The notes: generated from the letters alone by a model not told the origin. A stretch of DNA of 64,000 nucleotides from Ranitomeya imitator (GCF_032444005.1 NC_091287.1:275776001-275840000), one strand, 5' to 3'; shown: positions 49,388 to 61,269, counted from the stretch's first letter. Program-made: numbers and translations.

Positions 49388-52200
49388 ATGGAGATGCCTG
49401 CCAAGGCCGTGATACAAATCAGAAGGTGACTAGATCTAGTTCTAGTTCCTGTCAAAATTTGGTCAGCGCACTACACCATTAAAGAATCCAGACAAGTGCG
49501 AGGATGTTGTGGGTTGGATGGCAGACAAATGCTCCATTGTGTTGACAAGCAGCACTATGGCTTTCACATGGTCCAGTCTGAGCAGCCAAGTGGTTGAGCC
49601 TCTGAATCCTCAGCCTGGTCTTCCTTCCTCCTTCCTCCCATCTTCAAGAGTCCCAGGCGATATATGACCCAACGCTGGCCACTCTGAAAAAATGTTTATG
49701 TTCCTTTGTAATTTGTCAGGCCTTCAACGTGCACCATTAAAGAGGGTCATGAGAAGGTGGAATCAGGTGATGCCCAAACATTTGAGCACCAAAGTCCAGG
49801 AGAAAGCCATGTTGGGGAAGGTCAATGATGCACAGTTGTCATCAGGTCAGCCTAAAATTGCAACTCAGAAGGAGTGTCAGATTGATGAATTGGAAAACAA
49901 CGCGGTTGATGAGGAGGCCACTGATCCAACCTGTCACGGTGGCTCTCCTAGCGAGCACAGCAGTGCAGAGAGGGATGGATCCGTAGCACAAAAACAAGCA
50001 ATAAGATGTAGAGGTTTGACTAGAGGGAGAACTCGGTCAGCTGTTCCACAGAGCCCCCCCCACTTGGCTAGATAACAGGCCAAGGGTGCATTTTTCCCCT
50101 TTTCTGAAATTCCTACAGACAAAACAAATGTAATTTGCTGCATCTGCCAAACCAAGCCAAGAACAGGTAAGAACACTGCCAACTTGAGCACCACAAGCAT
50201 GCTAAAGCACATAGCAGCCAAGCATCCCAGTAGGTGGGCGAAACACCTGGGTATAAAATATGTGTCTGATGGTGAAGCCAATGCCCCTTCTCCCGTGCTT
50301 TGGCCTTCTCAATCTGCCATCCTTGATCCTTGATCCTTGATCTTGATCTGCCATCCTTGAAGCAGGCACTGATGCCTCCTGCCCACAACCTGCACTTGCA
50401 CAGGCACAACAGTCAGCAAACACATCCAGTTCATTGTCCTTTGCAGCATTCAGTTATCCCAGTCCCAGTCATTTAATAGAAAGCAGAAATATCCACCCAC
50501 AAACCCAAATGCTAGCCACCCACATTGCCAGATTGATCTCCCTGGAAATTTTGTCATTTCGACCTGTGAGAACTGGGTCTTTCTGTAACCTCTTGGCGAT
50601 GGCAGCCCCACAGTACTCGATTCCCAGCCACCACTATTTTTCACAGTGTGCTGTCCCTGCATTACATAAGCACATGCTACACAATATCAGCCTTGCTATG
50701 GCCAATGCAGCAGAGCTGTTGAAATGAATAAAAGCCAGACCAATTAGCGGCTCTCCCCTCCAATCAGGTCTGGTTGTGTGCGATTATGGGAGTAACTTGG
50801 TGGAGGCTTTAAAGCTCGCCAAGTGGTACATGTTCCATGCATGGCCCATGCACTGAATTTGGTGGTACAGTGGTTTTTAAAAGCATACCCTGACTTGCCG
50901 GACCTACTTGCCAAGGTAAGCCGTGTCAGCGCACATTTCTGAAAGTCATCTCAGTCTTTCGCCAGTCTATTTCCCTGTAGCAGCACTTTAATTTGCCTTC
51001 TTACCAACTGATTTGTGATCTGCCCACATGCTGGAATTTTACCTTTCATATATTCGACAGACTTAGTGATCAAGGCAGTGCCTGAATTCTATCTTCTCAA
51101 TGTCAGTCAGAGTAACACTCATGCCCCACAAATAACAACTGCCAAGTGAGTGTTGGTCGCTGACATATGTGAGGTTCTTCAAAACTTTGAGTACTGCACC
51201 AAGATGGTGAGTGCTGATGACACTATTATCAGCGTAACCATCCCGCTGCCCTGTCTATTAAAAAGTTTGCTGCAGAATCGCAAAGAGGAAGCTTTGAATG
51301 CCGAGCAGGTGGCTGTGTAGCAAGATATTACAGTGGCTGATTTGACACAGACCAGCCTCACACAATATTCTCAGGCCACATTGGATGATGATGAGGAACA
51401 GGAGGAGGAGGATGAGGAGGAACAGGAGTTTTGGCTCTGTGCTATAGAGGGGACTCCCAGTCCCAGATTCATGCCTGTCCAGCATGGATGGTCGTTAAGA
51501 GGAGAGGCTGGTTAATGTTCTTCCTGGTGAGGACACTGAACGTGTGACTCTTTGTAGTTTGCCACACATGGTAGAGTTCATGTTCATATGCCGTTCCAAA
51601 GACCCTAGCATGAAACACATTTTGTCCAACATAAAAAACTGGCTGTGCACCTTTCTTGACCCACGGTATAAGGAGAAAATTGCATCTCTCATATCGGAAG
51701 CATTTTCAGTGCATGCATGCCAGAGGGCTTTTGTGGAAGACTTGCTAAAAAGATTACCCTCAGATAGCGCTGCTGGCAGAGGTACTGGCTCTCTTCACCC
51801 ACAATGATTATAGGGGAGGGCCACACACACCAGGTGCAACTAAAGGTGGAAAATGTCCACCAACTTATTTTATTTCATGAAATAATCACATCAGTCAGGG
51901 CTATCTGTGGATGTAACTATGACGAGGGGGGAGAAGTTGACCAAGATGCTGAAGGACTACTTAATTGATCATACCAAAGTCCTTTGTGATTCTTCAGTGC
52001 CCTTTAACTATTGACTGTCCAAGCTGGACACTTAACCCGACCTCTCCCTGTACGACTTAGAGGTGCTGCCATGTCCTGCCACATATGTGTTGTCTGCGCG
52101 CATTTTAGTTCAGCTGGTGAAATCATAACAAATAGACACACACGGCTGTCAGCAAAAAATGCAAACAGGCTGACTTCTAAAATTGAACAAGGGCTGGCTT
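49388..52200 (+). pseudogene. Decayed hAT transposase
   Basis: PTDKTNVICCICQ...MLKHIAAKH (BED), THIARLISLE, QYSIPSHHYFSQCAVPALH, acidic tract, WLCTFLDPRYKEKI; many stops and frameshifts. Confidence 0.9.
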
Positions 52201-52654
52201 TCTTCTGACTTTGTAAGCTCTATGGATGATAGCAACGTAATCTAAATGCAGACTAATTTTTTGGGGGAAGTTGTGTTATTATCCATACCTTACCATCAAA
52301 ACCCATTTTGTTCAGGAAACCACATCCTCCTCCTCCTCATTCTGCTTCTGCAACAAGTACTTAGTGGTGATCTATATATACCCCATGTGGGTAATGTTTT
52401 TTACTTTTTTAGAACTGCACATTGTGCAATGGTGAAATTTGTACTCCCTACCTCTACCTTTTGTAATAACTGCTAAATGTATTGTGAGGTCCCCAGCACA
52501 GCCTCTTTCACCGCGTATGATACAGACTCCTTGGGGTAATTTTTGGAAAACTTTGCATATCGTGCAATGGTGCATTTTGTACTACCTACCTCTACCTCTT
52601 GTAATAACTGCATCTTTCAACTGGTCTGCTAGAGACCCCTTGGGTAATCTTCGT

Positions 52655-52771
52655 GGGCGGCACGGTGGCGCAGTGGTTAGCACTGCAGCCTTGCAGCGCT
52701 GGGGTCCTGGGTTCTAATCCCAACCAGGACAACATCTGCAAAGAGTTTGTATGTTCTCTCCGTGTTTGCGT

Positions 52772-52802
<31 letters not shown>

Positions 52803-52935
52803 ACATTCCAAAGACGTACAGATAGGGATTCTAGATTGTGAGCCCCATCGGGGACAGTGATGATAATGTGTGCAACCTGTAAAGCGCTGCGGAATATGTT
52901 AGCGCTATATAAAAATAAAGATTATTATTATTATT
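52655..52935 (+). mobile_element. V-SINE, full length
   Basis: GGGCGGCACGGTGGCGCAGTGGTTAGC head, V core, (ATT)n tail; short TSD ATCTT(C/T)G. Confidence 0.93.
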
Positions 52936-53155
52936 ATCTTTGGAAACCTTTCCACATTGTGCAATGGTGAAACTTTTACTCCCTTCCTCAGCGTCTTGTA
53001 ATAACTGCTAAATGCATTGTGATATCCCCATCACAGCTTTTTCAGCTGTTATGATAAAGACCCCTTGGGTAATTTTTCGAAAGCTGTGCACATGATGCAA
53101 TGGTGAAACTTGTACTCTCTATTTCTACTTATTCTAATAGCTTACATACATATTA

Positions 53156-53825
53156 AGGTACCGTCACATTAAGCGACGCTGCAGCGATATAGACAACGAT
53201 GCCGATCGCTGCAGCGTCGCTGTTTAGTCGTTGTCGAAGTCCCCGGGTAACCAGGGCCGCGCTTAGTAACCCGATGTTTACCCTGGTTACCATTGTAAAT
53301 GTAAAAAAAAAAAACACTACATACTTACATTCCGGTGTCTGTCGCGTCCCCCGGCATCAGCTTCCCTGCACTGTGTAAGCGTCAGCCGTAAAGCAGAGCG
53401 GTGACGTCACCGCTGTGCTCTGCTTTACGGCTGGCCGGCGCTGACACAGTGAAGGGAAGCTGACACCGGGGGACATGACAGACAACGGAATGTAAGTATG
53501 TAGTGTATTTTTTTTTTTACATTTACAATGGTAACCAGGGTAAACATCGGGTTACTAAGCCCGGCCCTGCGCTTAGTAACCCGATGTTTACCCTGGTTAC
53601 AAGTGAAGACATCGCTGGATCGACGTCACACACGCCGATCCAGCGATGTCAGCGGGTGATCCAGCGATGAAATAAAGTTCTGGACTTCTAGCTCCGACCA
53701 GCGATGTCACAGCAGGATCCAGATCGCTGCTGCGTGTCAAACACAACGATATCGCTATCCAGGATGCTGCAACGTCAAGGATCGCTATTGTTATCGCTGT
53801 AATGTTGTTCAGTGTGAAGGTACCT
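53156..53825. mobile_element. PIF/Harbinger MITE (same family as 37168-37890)
   Basis: TTA TSD; TIR AGGTACC(G/T)TCACA; same internal palindromes. Confidence 0.9.
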
Positions 53826-55083
53826 TTAGTCTTCAAAATAACCTAAACACGGGGGGCGTGGCCTGAGCCTGCAGCATGAGGACGTAGGTTCAGGAGCTCC
53901 AGGGAAAAACATCCCAATCCAACTTAAAAGCGACTCTAATCTAGCCATCCAGCCCTAAAAACGTTTGGGAATGGTCCAGGACATAGTCTAGCCCCTTTCT
54001 AGACGTCCATTTTCCAAATCTGAGGACTTTAGAAGTTGAGGCCTACTTTGCAACTCTGAGGCCGGGACCTGGATTTCCTCAGCCGGCCTGCTGCAGCGCT
54101 ACCACTCCTCCCTACACACAGTGAGGAGCTTCCTGGATCAAGAAGAAGCCTTGGAGAGACTACCTAACAGGGCTCCCCCTGCCTCCGGGAGTGCCGAAAA
54201 TAGGGTGAGACAGCCGCTGCTGAAGCGTCTCCCCTCCTCATCCACGGCACCCAGAAGTGGCATGCAGAAGCCCAAAGGCCCCACCGCCCACGCCGCGGCC
54301 AAATGCTGCTAAGCGGCCACTAGTTCAGCGTCCCCGACCCCATACAAACACCGCCAGGCTTGGCGAAGAGGCACCTGCAGCCCCGACCGGATCAGGGAGC
54401 CCTACCGGACCCCAACGGCGCCGGAGCCCTCCGGCCGGCAAAGAAGACGCCGCGGCGGGACCGCTGCCTCTCCCCCTCCTCCCTCTACTCACAGGGACTT
54501 AAAGCACAGCAAGCGGTGGAGAGATTAGTGCACTCACCAGGGACAGCAGCTGCTTGTGAGCCCATCCAGGACACAGACCGGAGACACGGACGCAACCGGA
54601 GCCCTCTTCACCGGAGGTAAGAGCTCCTCCCCCTCCCGGTCCCAGCACTCATCCAATAGAGAAGCCGACGCTGCGTCGCGCGGGTAGCGGCCGGTTCAAC
54701 ACAACGCTCCAGCGCCCAACGTCACTCTAGTGAACCACAACGCTTCTACGTTTTACGCCGCTCGAGCTACAGCGATTCGATCTCGACGCACCAAGCGCCC
54801 AAAAAGAAGACGCTTCAGCGAACCACAACGCACTAGCGTCCTAGAAATCTGTGAAGCTCCAGCGGATCAATCGCAACGCTATAGTGACCGGTTTAAGGAG
54901 AATACATTGTGCCAATTACACAGGACTCTCTAGTGTTCTACATAAGACAACTCCATTGTTTAATTAGTGGCCTTCCTCTCTATCTTCCACAGACATTTGC
55001 GAAAGTGCCACTGAGCCATGTAATTGCCGCCACAAGATACATAAGAGCGGCGGCTCCCACTCCGGGTCCCCCCGGTATCAACC

Positions 55084-56280
55084 TTGTATCAACCTGATAA
55101 GTCACTCCAAGCCACTCCACCCATCATGAGTTTCTCCAGAGCTAAATGGTCCTCGCAGACCCAACAATCACCAAAGTCACAAAATACTGCCAAACAAAAC
55201 AAAACATATAGCAGCTACAAACCTCACATGGACCAAGTCAATCTCATTAGTCCTCGTAGAGCCAGATCCAGATCTCCTCCGAGAGACGTGAACCAACAAC
55301 CAATAGTTAAAAGAAAGAAGAGAACAGATGAAAATCCCCACCTACTGGAAAAAATTGACTCTTCCTTTTCTTCTAAAAGAAATACGCCAGGTTCATCGGG
55401 CGAAAAGTATGAAAACCTGAGAGACATAAGCGACTCTGACGAATCATACAACGACGGCAGCCCCAACCAAAGCCCTGATAAACAAAGACTCAGAAGAGAG
55501 AGCCCTTCAAGTGCCCATTCAGAAATAAATCCTCAAAACCAAAAACCACAGAGAAGTATGGCTGAGGAAATGAGATCAGTATTTAGGGAAGAACTCCAAA
55601 AACATAAACAAGAATTTAAAGAAGAGATGGATAAATTCTGTGACAAAATCAATAAACAAATAGAGAACCATGAAAGGAGAATCCAAAAAATAGAAAGTGG
55701 AGCGGCAGAATCGTCTGTGGACTTAGAGTACCTATCAGCAGAGATCCACAAATTAAAAATTAAAATGGCGGACATCGAGGACAGGGGACGCCGAAACAAC
55801 ATAAAATTCAGAGGGCTTCCGGAATCAATCAAACAAGAAGATCTCCTACAGCATATCCAGGACATTTTCAAAACAGCAATCCCGGAGCTGTCTTCCTCTG
55901 ATCTCATAATTGACAGAGCCCACAGACTTCCGCGACCTCCTAAAATCGCTTCGGACGTGCCAAGGGATACCATTCTAAGGATCCACTTCTTCCAAACCAA
56001 AGAAAAAATTATTAATTATCTCAGAATGAACAAGTTCTTCCCTGAACCCTACAAGGACCTGAAAGTCTTTCCGGACCTATCTAAAGAAACGTTGGAAGGC
56101 CGCAAAGAATTTAACAAAGTCACCTCATTTCTCAGGGAAAAGGGCATCCCCTATAAATGGGGTTTTCCACTAAAACTGCTAGTGAACTTTAGAGGGCGGA
56201 CCATTCCAATCTACACACCTAACGATGGAATGGACTTCATTCACTCAATCAAAGACACCCCAACTAGAGACAAAGATTGA
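55084..56280 (+). CDS. L1 ORF1 protein (RNA-binding chaperone); first ATG at 55126
   Basis: Coiled coil then IEDRGRRNNIKFRGLPE, IDRAHRL, PRDTILR, FPDLS, YKWGFP. Confidence 0.95.
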   Translation: MYQPDKSLQATPPIMSFSRAKWSSQTQQSPKSQNTAKQNKTYSSYKPHMDQVNLISPRRARSRSPPRDVNQQPIVKRKKRTDENPHLLEKIDSSFSSKRNTPGSSGEKYENLRDISDSDESYNDGSPNQSPDKQRLRRESPSSAHSEINPQNQKPQRSMAEEMRSVFREELQKHKQEFKEEMDKFCDKINKQIENHERRIQKIESGAAESSVDLEYLSAEIHKLKIKMADIEDRGRRNNIKFRGLPESIKQEDLLQHIQDIFKTAIPELSSSDLIIDRAHRLPRPPKIASDVPRDTILRIHFFQTKEKIINYLRMNKFFPEPYKDLKVFPDLSKETLEGRKEFNKVTSFLREKGIPYKWGFPLKLLVNFRGRTIPIYTPNDGMDFIHSIKDTPTRDKD

Positions 56281-56590
56281 AAAAAGACACTAAGGTTGCC
56301 GATGGGGGATGACTGATTAGAACTTTCTGCTTTTAGGATGTTTTCCCTGTTTCTTTTTTCCACAGGAGTTTCCCGTCGAGAGGTGGTAGCATCCCTTTGG
56401 GTCTACCTGTTCATTCATCTTACGTTAATAAACAGGATTAATCATTTTTCTTTCTTACAGGAACTGACGCTAGTGTCTGAAAACTATATAATAGTAAAGT
56501 TAAGTTATAGTCGTTTCCAATATCTGTTTATACCCTAGATACCTACTAACCTTATATCCTTATCTTCTAGTCACTCAGTAAAAACGCATA

Positions 56591-59500
56591 ATGGAGATGA
56601 ACTTGATCTCATATAATGTTAGAGGGCTCAACAACCCAAGAAAAAGACACGCATTGTGGAGGGAGTTGACCGGGTCCAAGGCCAACATTATCTGCTTACA
56701 GGAAACCAAATTCCTGGAAGGTAACCATCCTTACTTTAACCATCATAAATTCCCACACATATTTGAATCTTGTAACACAAAGAAAAGAGCAGGAGTTTTA
56801 ACAATGATTGAGAGCTCAACCCCGTTTGAGACCTTGGGTGAACTCAAAGACAAAAAAGGCCGCTTCCACATACTTACATGTAAAATCAACGAACAAGAAT
56901 GTACAATAGCAAACATTTACGCCCCAAACATTGGCCAAATCCCATTCCTAAACAAAGTCATGAAAAAAATCGAAGAGGTCAGAAGAGGCAATTTGTTTCT
57001 GCTGGGTGACTTCAATGTCACCCCGGACAACAAGTTGGACTCATCCTCCAAAAATAGGCCCGCCACTGACTGCCTCAACATCTGGCTAGACAAAAATGAA
57101 TTATTTGATTGTTTCAGGTGCCTAAACGCTAATTCTAAAGAATACACTCATTTCTCGGACATTCATCAAACGGCTTCGAGAATAGATTTAATTGTTACAG
57201 ATATACACTCCTTGACAAAAATTAAGGAAATCTCAATTGGAGATAGGACAATCTCGGACCATGCTCCAGTCTCTGGGAAACTCACAATAGGTCCCCCTCT
57301 CCTGAATGCCAGATTATGGAGATGCAGCGCCAAGATCCTACATAATCCAGCTAATAAAACCATAATACAAAGTGCAATAAATAATTACTTTGAGGTTAAT
57401 AAACCAGAGTCAACTAATCCCTGCATCAACTGGTGCGCACACAAAGCGGTAATCAGAGGAGTGCTGATGGGAATAGCATCCAGGGAAAAAAAGGAGTCTA
57501 GGAAAAGAATTCAAGACTTATCTAATAAAATTCGGACATTAGAAAATAATCTACTCAATAATAACACAGCCCCCCAGAATACCCAAAATGAACTTTCTAA
57601 ACTAAGAACAGAACTCAGAGAGACTTTATTCTCTCCATATGACAATATTGTAAAAATGTCAAATTACAAATTTTACACATCCCATAATAAACCAACCAAG
57701 TACATGGCCAACAAAATAAAAAAGAACAGAATCAATAGTAGAATAAATAGAATTAATAAGCTAGATGGGATGGGAAAAATCTCTCACCCAAAGGAGATAG
57801 CAAATGAATTTGCAGCATTCTACACCAAGCTATACAACATAAACCCCCAAAATAATGACCCCACAGACAAATTGGACAAAACAGACAAAATCAAAGAATT
57901 TCTAAAACAAATAAACCTCCCCACCCTAACACCAGAAGAACTCACCGCCCTTAAAGCCCCTATAACCCCTGACGAAATAGAGAATATTATTAAAGGGTTT
58001 GGTCTTCACAAGTCCCCAGGCCCTGACGGATTCTCAAATGCCTATTATAAAGCTTTCTCAAACTATCTTTCCCCACATCTGGCAGATACTTTCAATTATA
58101 TCTTCAGCGGCGGCTCCTTCCCTACGGAGATGTTAGCGGCCACAGTATCGGTGATCCCCAAATTAAAAGGAGACCCTGAGGCCATGGAGAATTTTAGACC
58201 CATCTCTTTAATAAATGTTGATGTCAAGATCTATTCAAAAATTCTTGCAGATAGGATCGGCCTGGTTATTCCAAGATTGATTCCAAATGACCAAATGGGA
58301 TTTGTGAGAGGTAGGCAACCAGCAGACGCAACCAGAAGAATCATCAACATCACAAGCTGGGCTAGGAAACAAAGAATTCCCATAACACTACTGTCGCTTG
58401 ACACTGAAAAGGCCTTCGACAGAGTTAACTGGAACTTCTTGAGAGTATGCCTAGCCAAATTTGGTTTCGACAAACTCATGACATCACATATAATGGCCTT
58501 ATACTCCGATCCTAAGGCCAGCGTCTACTGCAATTGTCAAATTTCGGACCCCTTTAGTATCAGGAATGGTACTAGACAAGGTTGCCCACTTTCTCCGATC
58601 CTATTTAACTTAGTTATTGAACCATTAGCTGAAATTATAAGATCCAACAATAAAATCTCAGGCATCTCCACACCCTCTAGACACCACAAAATCTCACTCT
58701 TCGCAGATGACATCATTTTATCCCTCTCCAACCCAGAAGTCTCAATTCCCGAAGTGCTTCAAATTATGGAAAGATTCTCCACATTCTCAAACTTTAAAAT
58801 AAACGAAGCCAAGTCCAATATACTTCCAATAGGTCTTAACGAAGACCAAACCCAAATCATAAAGAACTTAACAATCTTGAATTGGTGTGAAAAAGAACTC
58901 ACATACCTAGGCATCATAATAAATAAAACAACTAAAGGGACAATAAAATCAAATTTTAACCTGCTAAAAGAAATACTAAACAAAGAAATCCTAACACATA
59001 GAGACAACACACTGTCATGGTGGGGTAGAGTGCTGACAATGGGACTATTCACCCTACCTAGACTCCTCTACATCCTTAGATGCGTTCCCCTGCCATTTCC
59101 AGACATCAGCTTCACCCACCTACAGGCGCAGATAAAAGCCTTCATTTGGAATTCAAAAAAGTCAAGATCCGCCACACAAACTCTTTGCAAAAGAAAAATA
59201 AACGGAGGGATTAACATTCCAAACATCAAAGCCCATTACCACACCCTGCTTATAAAACAGAGTATCCATTGGCTGCAGAGCTCTAGTCCGCCAGTATGGT
59301 TAGATCTTGAGACAGCACTAAACAATAATCGTCACCCAAAATCGGTTATCTACAAAACAATATTTGGCAATCTCCCAGACTCAGTATCTCACCCCCTCTT
59401 CCAGGCAATAGCCTCAGCCTGGAAGAAACTATCATACCAAAAAAAAGGCCTTAAACACTCAGTTATCTTAAGAAATATCCCCATCTCCTTAGCTTATTCC

Positions 59501-60382
59501 ATAATCGACCAAACCCTCCCTAAAATATGGTTAGATTCAAAAATAAAGAAAATTGGAGATATACACACAGGAGAGGCATTCATAAGCTTCCAAAATATGA
59601 AATGTCAATATGGTATTCATTCATCTTCCTTCCTTGAGTTCTTGATACTCAAAAAGAACATAGGATCTTTTATGGGGAAGAGACCTCAATTATCAGAAAC
59701 GTCTATCAAACTTCTAAGCAACATAGGACATTGCATATTTTGGAGCCACAAATTCATATATAACAGCTTCAACTCAGATTTCATTCTTTCTAAGAGCCCC
59801 CCGATGTCTAAGTGGGAACAAGATATAAAAAGCATTCACAGTATTGAAGAGTGGGAGGAGGCTTTCACCACTTCTTACCAGTCCACCCTCTCAATGGCTC
59901 TACAAGAGACTCACTTCAAGGTAGTTTCAAGATGGTACTACACCCCCAGCAGATTGGCACACATGGATACCATAAATTCTGCTCAATGCTGGAGAGGTTG
60001 TGGCCAAAGAGGTGATATTATGCATATATTTTGGAGCTGTCCTGCGGTAAACCCCCTGTGGAAGAAAATCTCTAAAGAGGTTATCAACAAACTCACTAAT
60101 GCACCCTTCGATTTGAAGCCCCAGGGTGCTTTGTTGTCTCTTGGACTCGGTCAGCTCGATCATAATCAGAAACTATTGGTGATACATATCTGTTTAGTTG
60201 TAAAAAACTTCATTGCTTCTCTTTGGAAAACTCAACAAACCCCATCAACAAAAGACATTATCTCAAGGATCTCACTACATAGATCCCACGAGTTCCACTT
60301 CGCAATTGCTAGCAATCAGTACATAAAATTCGCAAAAAAATGGTCCAGATGGGATCAGCAATTCCCTATACCTATCACTTGA
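56591..60382 (+). CDS. L1 ORF2 protein (APE endonuclease, RT, CCHC), 1263 aa
   Basis: SYNVRGL, LQET, GDFN, SDH; KSPGPDGF, RPISL, LDTEKAFD, GTRQGCPLSP, FADD; CWRGCGQRGDIMHIFWSC. Confidence 0.98.
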   Translation: MEMNLISYNVRGLNNPRKRHALWRELTGSKANIICLQETKFLEGNHPYFNHHKFPHIFESCNTKKRAGVLTMIESSTPFETLGELKDKKGRFHILTCKINEQECTIANIYAPNIGQIPFLNKVMKKIEEVRRGNLFLLGDFNVTPDNKLDSSSKNRPATDCLNIWLDKNELFDCFRCLNANSKEYTHFSDIHQTASRIDLIVTDIHSLTKIKEISIGDRTISDHAPVSGKLTIGPPLLNARLWRCSAKILHNPANKTIIQSAINNYFEVNKPESTNPCINWCAHKAVIRGVLMGIASREKKESRKRIQDLSNKIRTLENNLLNNNTAPQNTQNELSKLRTELRETLFSPYDNIVKMSNYKFYTSHNKPTKYMANKIKKNRINSRINRINKLDGMGKISHPKEIANEFAAFYTKLYNINPQNNDPTDKLDKTDKIKEFLKQINLPTLTPEELTALKAPITPDEIENIIKGFGLHKSPGPDGFSNAYYKAFSNYLSPHLADTFNYIFSGGSFPTEMLAATVSVIPKLKGDPEAMENFRPISLINVDVKIYSKILADRIGLVIPRLIPNDQMGFVRGRQPADATRRIINITSWARKQRIPITLLSLDTEKAFDRVNWNFLRVCLAKFGFDKLMTSHIMALYSDPKASVYCNCQISDPFSIRNGTRQGCPLSPILFNLVIEPLAEIIRSNNKISGISTPSRHHKISLFADDIILSLSNPEVSIPEVLQIMERFSTFSNFKINEAKSNILPIGLNEDQTQIIKNLTILNWCEKELTYLGIIINKTTKGTIKSNFNLLKEILNKEILTHRDNTLSWWGRVLTMGLFTLPRLLYILRCVPLPFPDISFTHLQAQIKAFIWNSKKSRSATQTLCKRKINGGINIPNIKAHYHTLLIKQSIHWLQSSSPPVWLDLETALNNNRHPKSVIYKTIFGNLPDSVSHPLFQAIASAWKKLSYQKKGLKHSVILRNIPISLAYSIIDQTLPKIWLDSKIKKIGDIHTGEAFISFQNMKCQYGIHSSSFLEFLILKKNIGSFMGKRPQLSETSIKLLSNIGHCIFWSHKFIYNSFNSDFILSKSPPMSKWEQDIKSIHSIEEWEEAFTTSYQSTLSMALQETHFKVVSRWYYTPSRLAHMDTINSAQCWRGCGQRGDIMHIFWSCPAVNPLWKKISKEVINKLTNAPFDLKPQGALLSLGLGQLDHNQKLLVIHICLVVKNFIASLWKTQQTPSTKDIISRISLHRSHEFHFAIASNQYIKFAKKWSRWDQQFPIPIT

Positions 60383-60838
60383 AACAACAGTCCTGTTCAT
60401 GCTCCATTCGCTAATCACAAAAAATTCTCCTGTTTTTAGTGCTTTTGTCGACTCATAAAGAGTCAAATAATGTGTCGTTTAATATTATTACTGCTCTTAC
60501 ACATGTTCTTGAGTATCTTGTAAATGTACATAATTCCTGCAATTTATTATCTATGCACTTCATATGTGAAAATCGTTTTGTTATCCCCCCTAATGTCAGG
60601 GGGTTTGCCTTTTCCCTCCCCCCTTTTCCCCTCTCCTTACCCTTTCCCTACCCCCCCCCCTCCTCACCTCCTCCCCCCCATCTTCCCCCCCCCTCTTCCC
60701 AGTAAAGTTGAAAATCTAATAAAATATTTTGAAAGCAAAATAACCTAAACACACTAGGTCACACTCCAACATAACTATTTACTCAGCAGCAAGGAGGCTC
60801 ATGGCGTGTATATAAAATATCACATTTATTTCAAGTAA

Positions 60839-60840
<2 letters not shown>

Positions 60841-60897
<57 letters not shown>
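60841..60897. repeat. (AT)n microsatellite
   Basis: Direct observation. Confidence 0.98.
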
Positions 60898-60902
<5 letters not shown>

Positions 60903-61269
60903 GGCCAAAGTATGTAACGGATGCCTCAAGCACAACTAAAAGACTGACAACAGCATGACCACCAATTCACCTAGATTGCAGTAATGAGACACTGTATAAT
61001 GTAATTACATGGTTACTGCAAAATGAAGCATATATCCACATTCATTGATCTAAGGCAAAGTGCCATTCATCTAAATTGTGGGTAAACATATTAAACAACT
61101 GTTACTCATAATCCCCATCTGCAAGCACAATAAAAAGTGTCTACGTGCATAGTTCTAACTTATTATTGTAAGGTGAAGTGCATGATCCATGTATTACCTG
61201 AATTGTATGCCGCTGTTGCGTCTCACCCTGACGTGTGTTTTGTGTATTCCTCTTCTGGGGGGTGTTTAA

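Larger units (their letters stand above)
45555..53150 (+). mobile_element. Old decayed hAT of the same lineage as the 172-12587 element, carrying nested insertions
   Basis: TIR-like TAATGATGAGC, CCAAT boxes, 5' degenerate repeats (46270-46590, 48225-48460), transposase remnants, 3' ~135-140-bp repeats (52400-53150). Right TIR not found. Confidence 0.7.
53851..60736 (+). mobile_element. Full-length L1 LINE with both ORFs open
   Basis: TSD (C)AAAATAACCTAAACAC at 53834-53850 and 60736-60752; GC-rich 5' UTR starting GGGGGGCGTGGCC; AATAAA at 60718. Confidence 0.97.

Noticed and set aside
54121-54620. Overlapping upstream ORFs in the L1 5' UTR
   Set aside because: GC-rich stop-poor sequence, mostly non-ATG starts, no domain similarity, and no fusion to ORF1.
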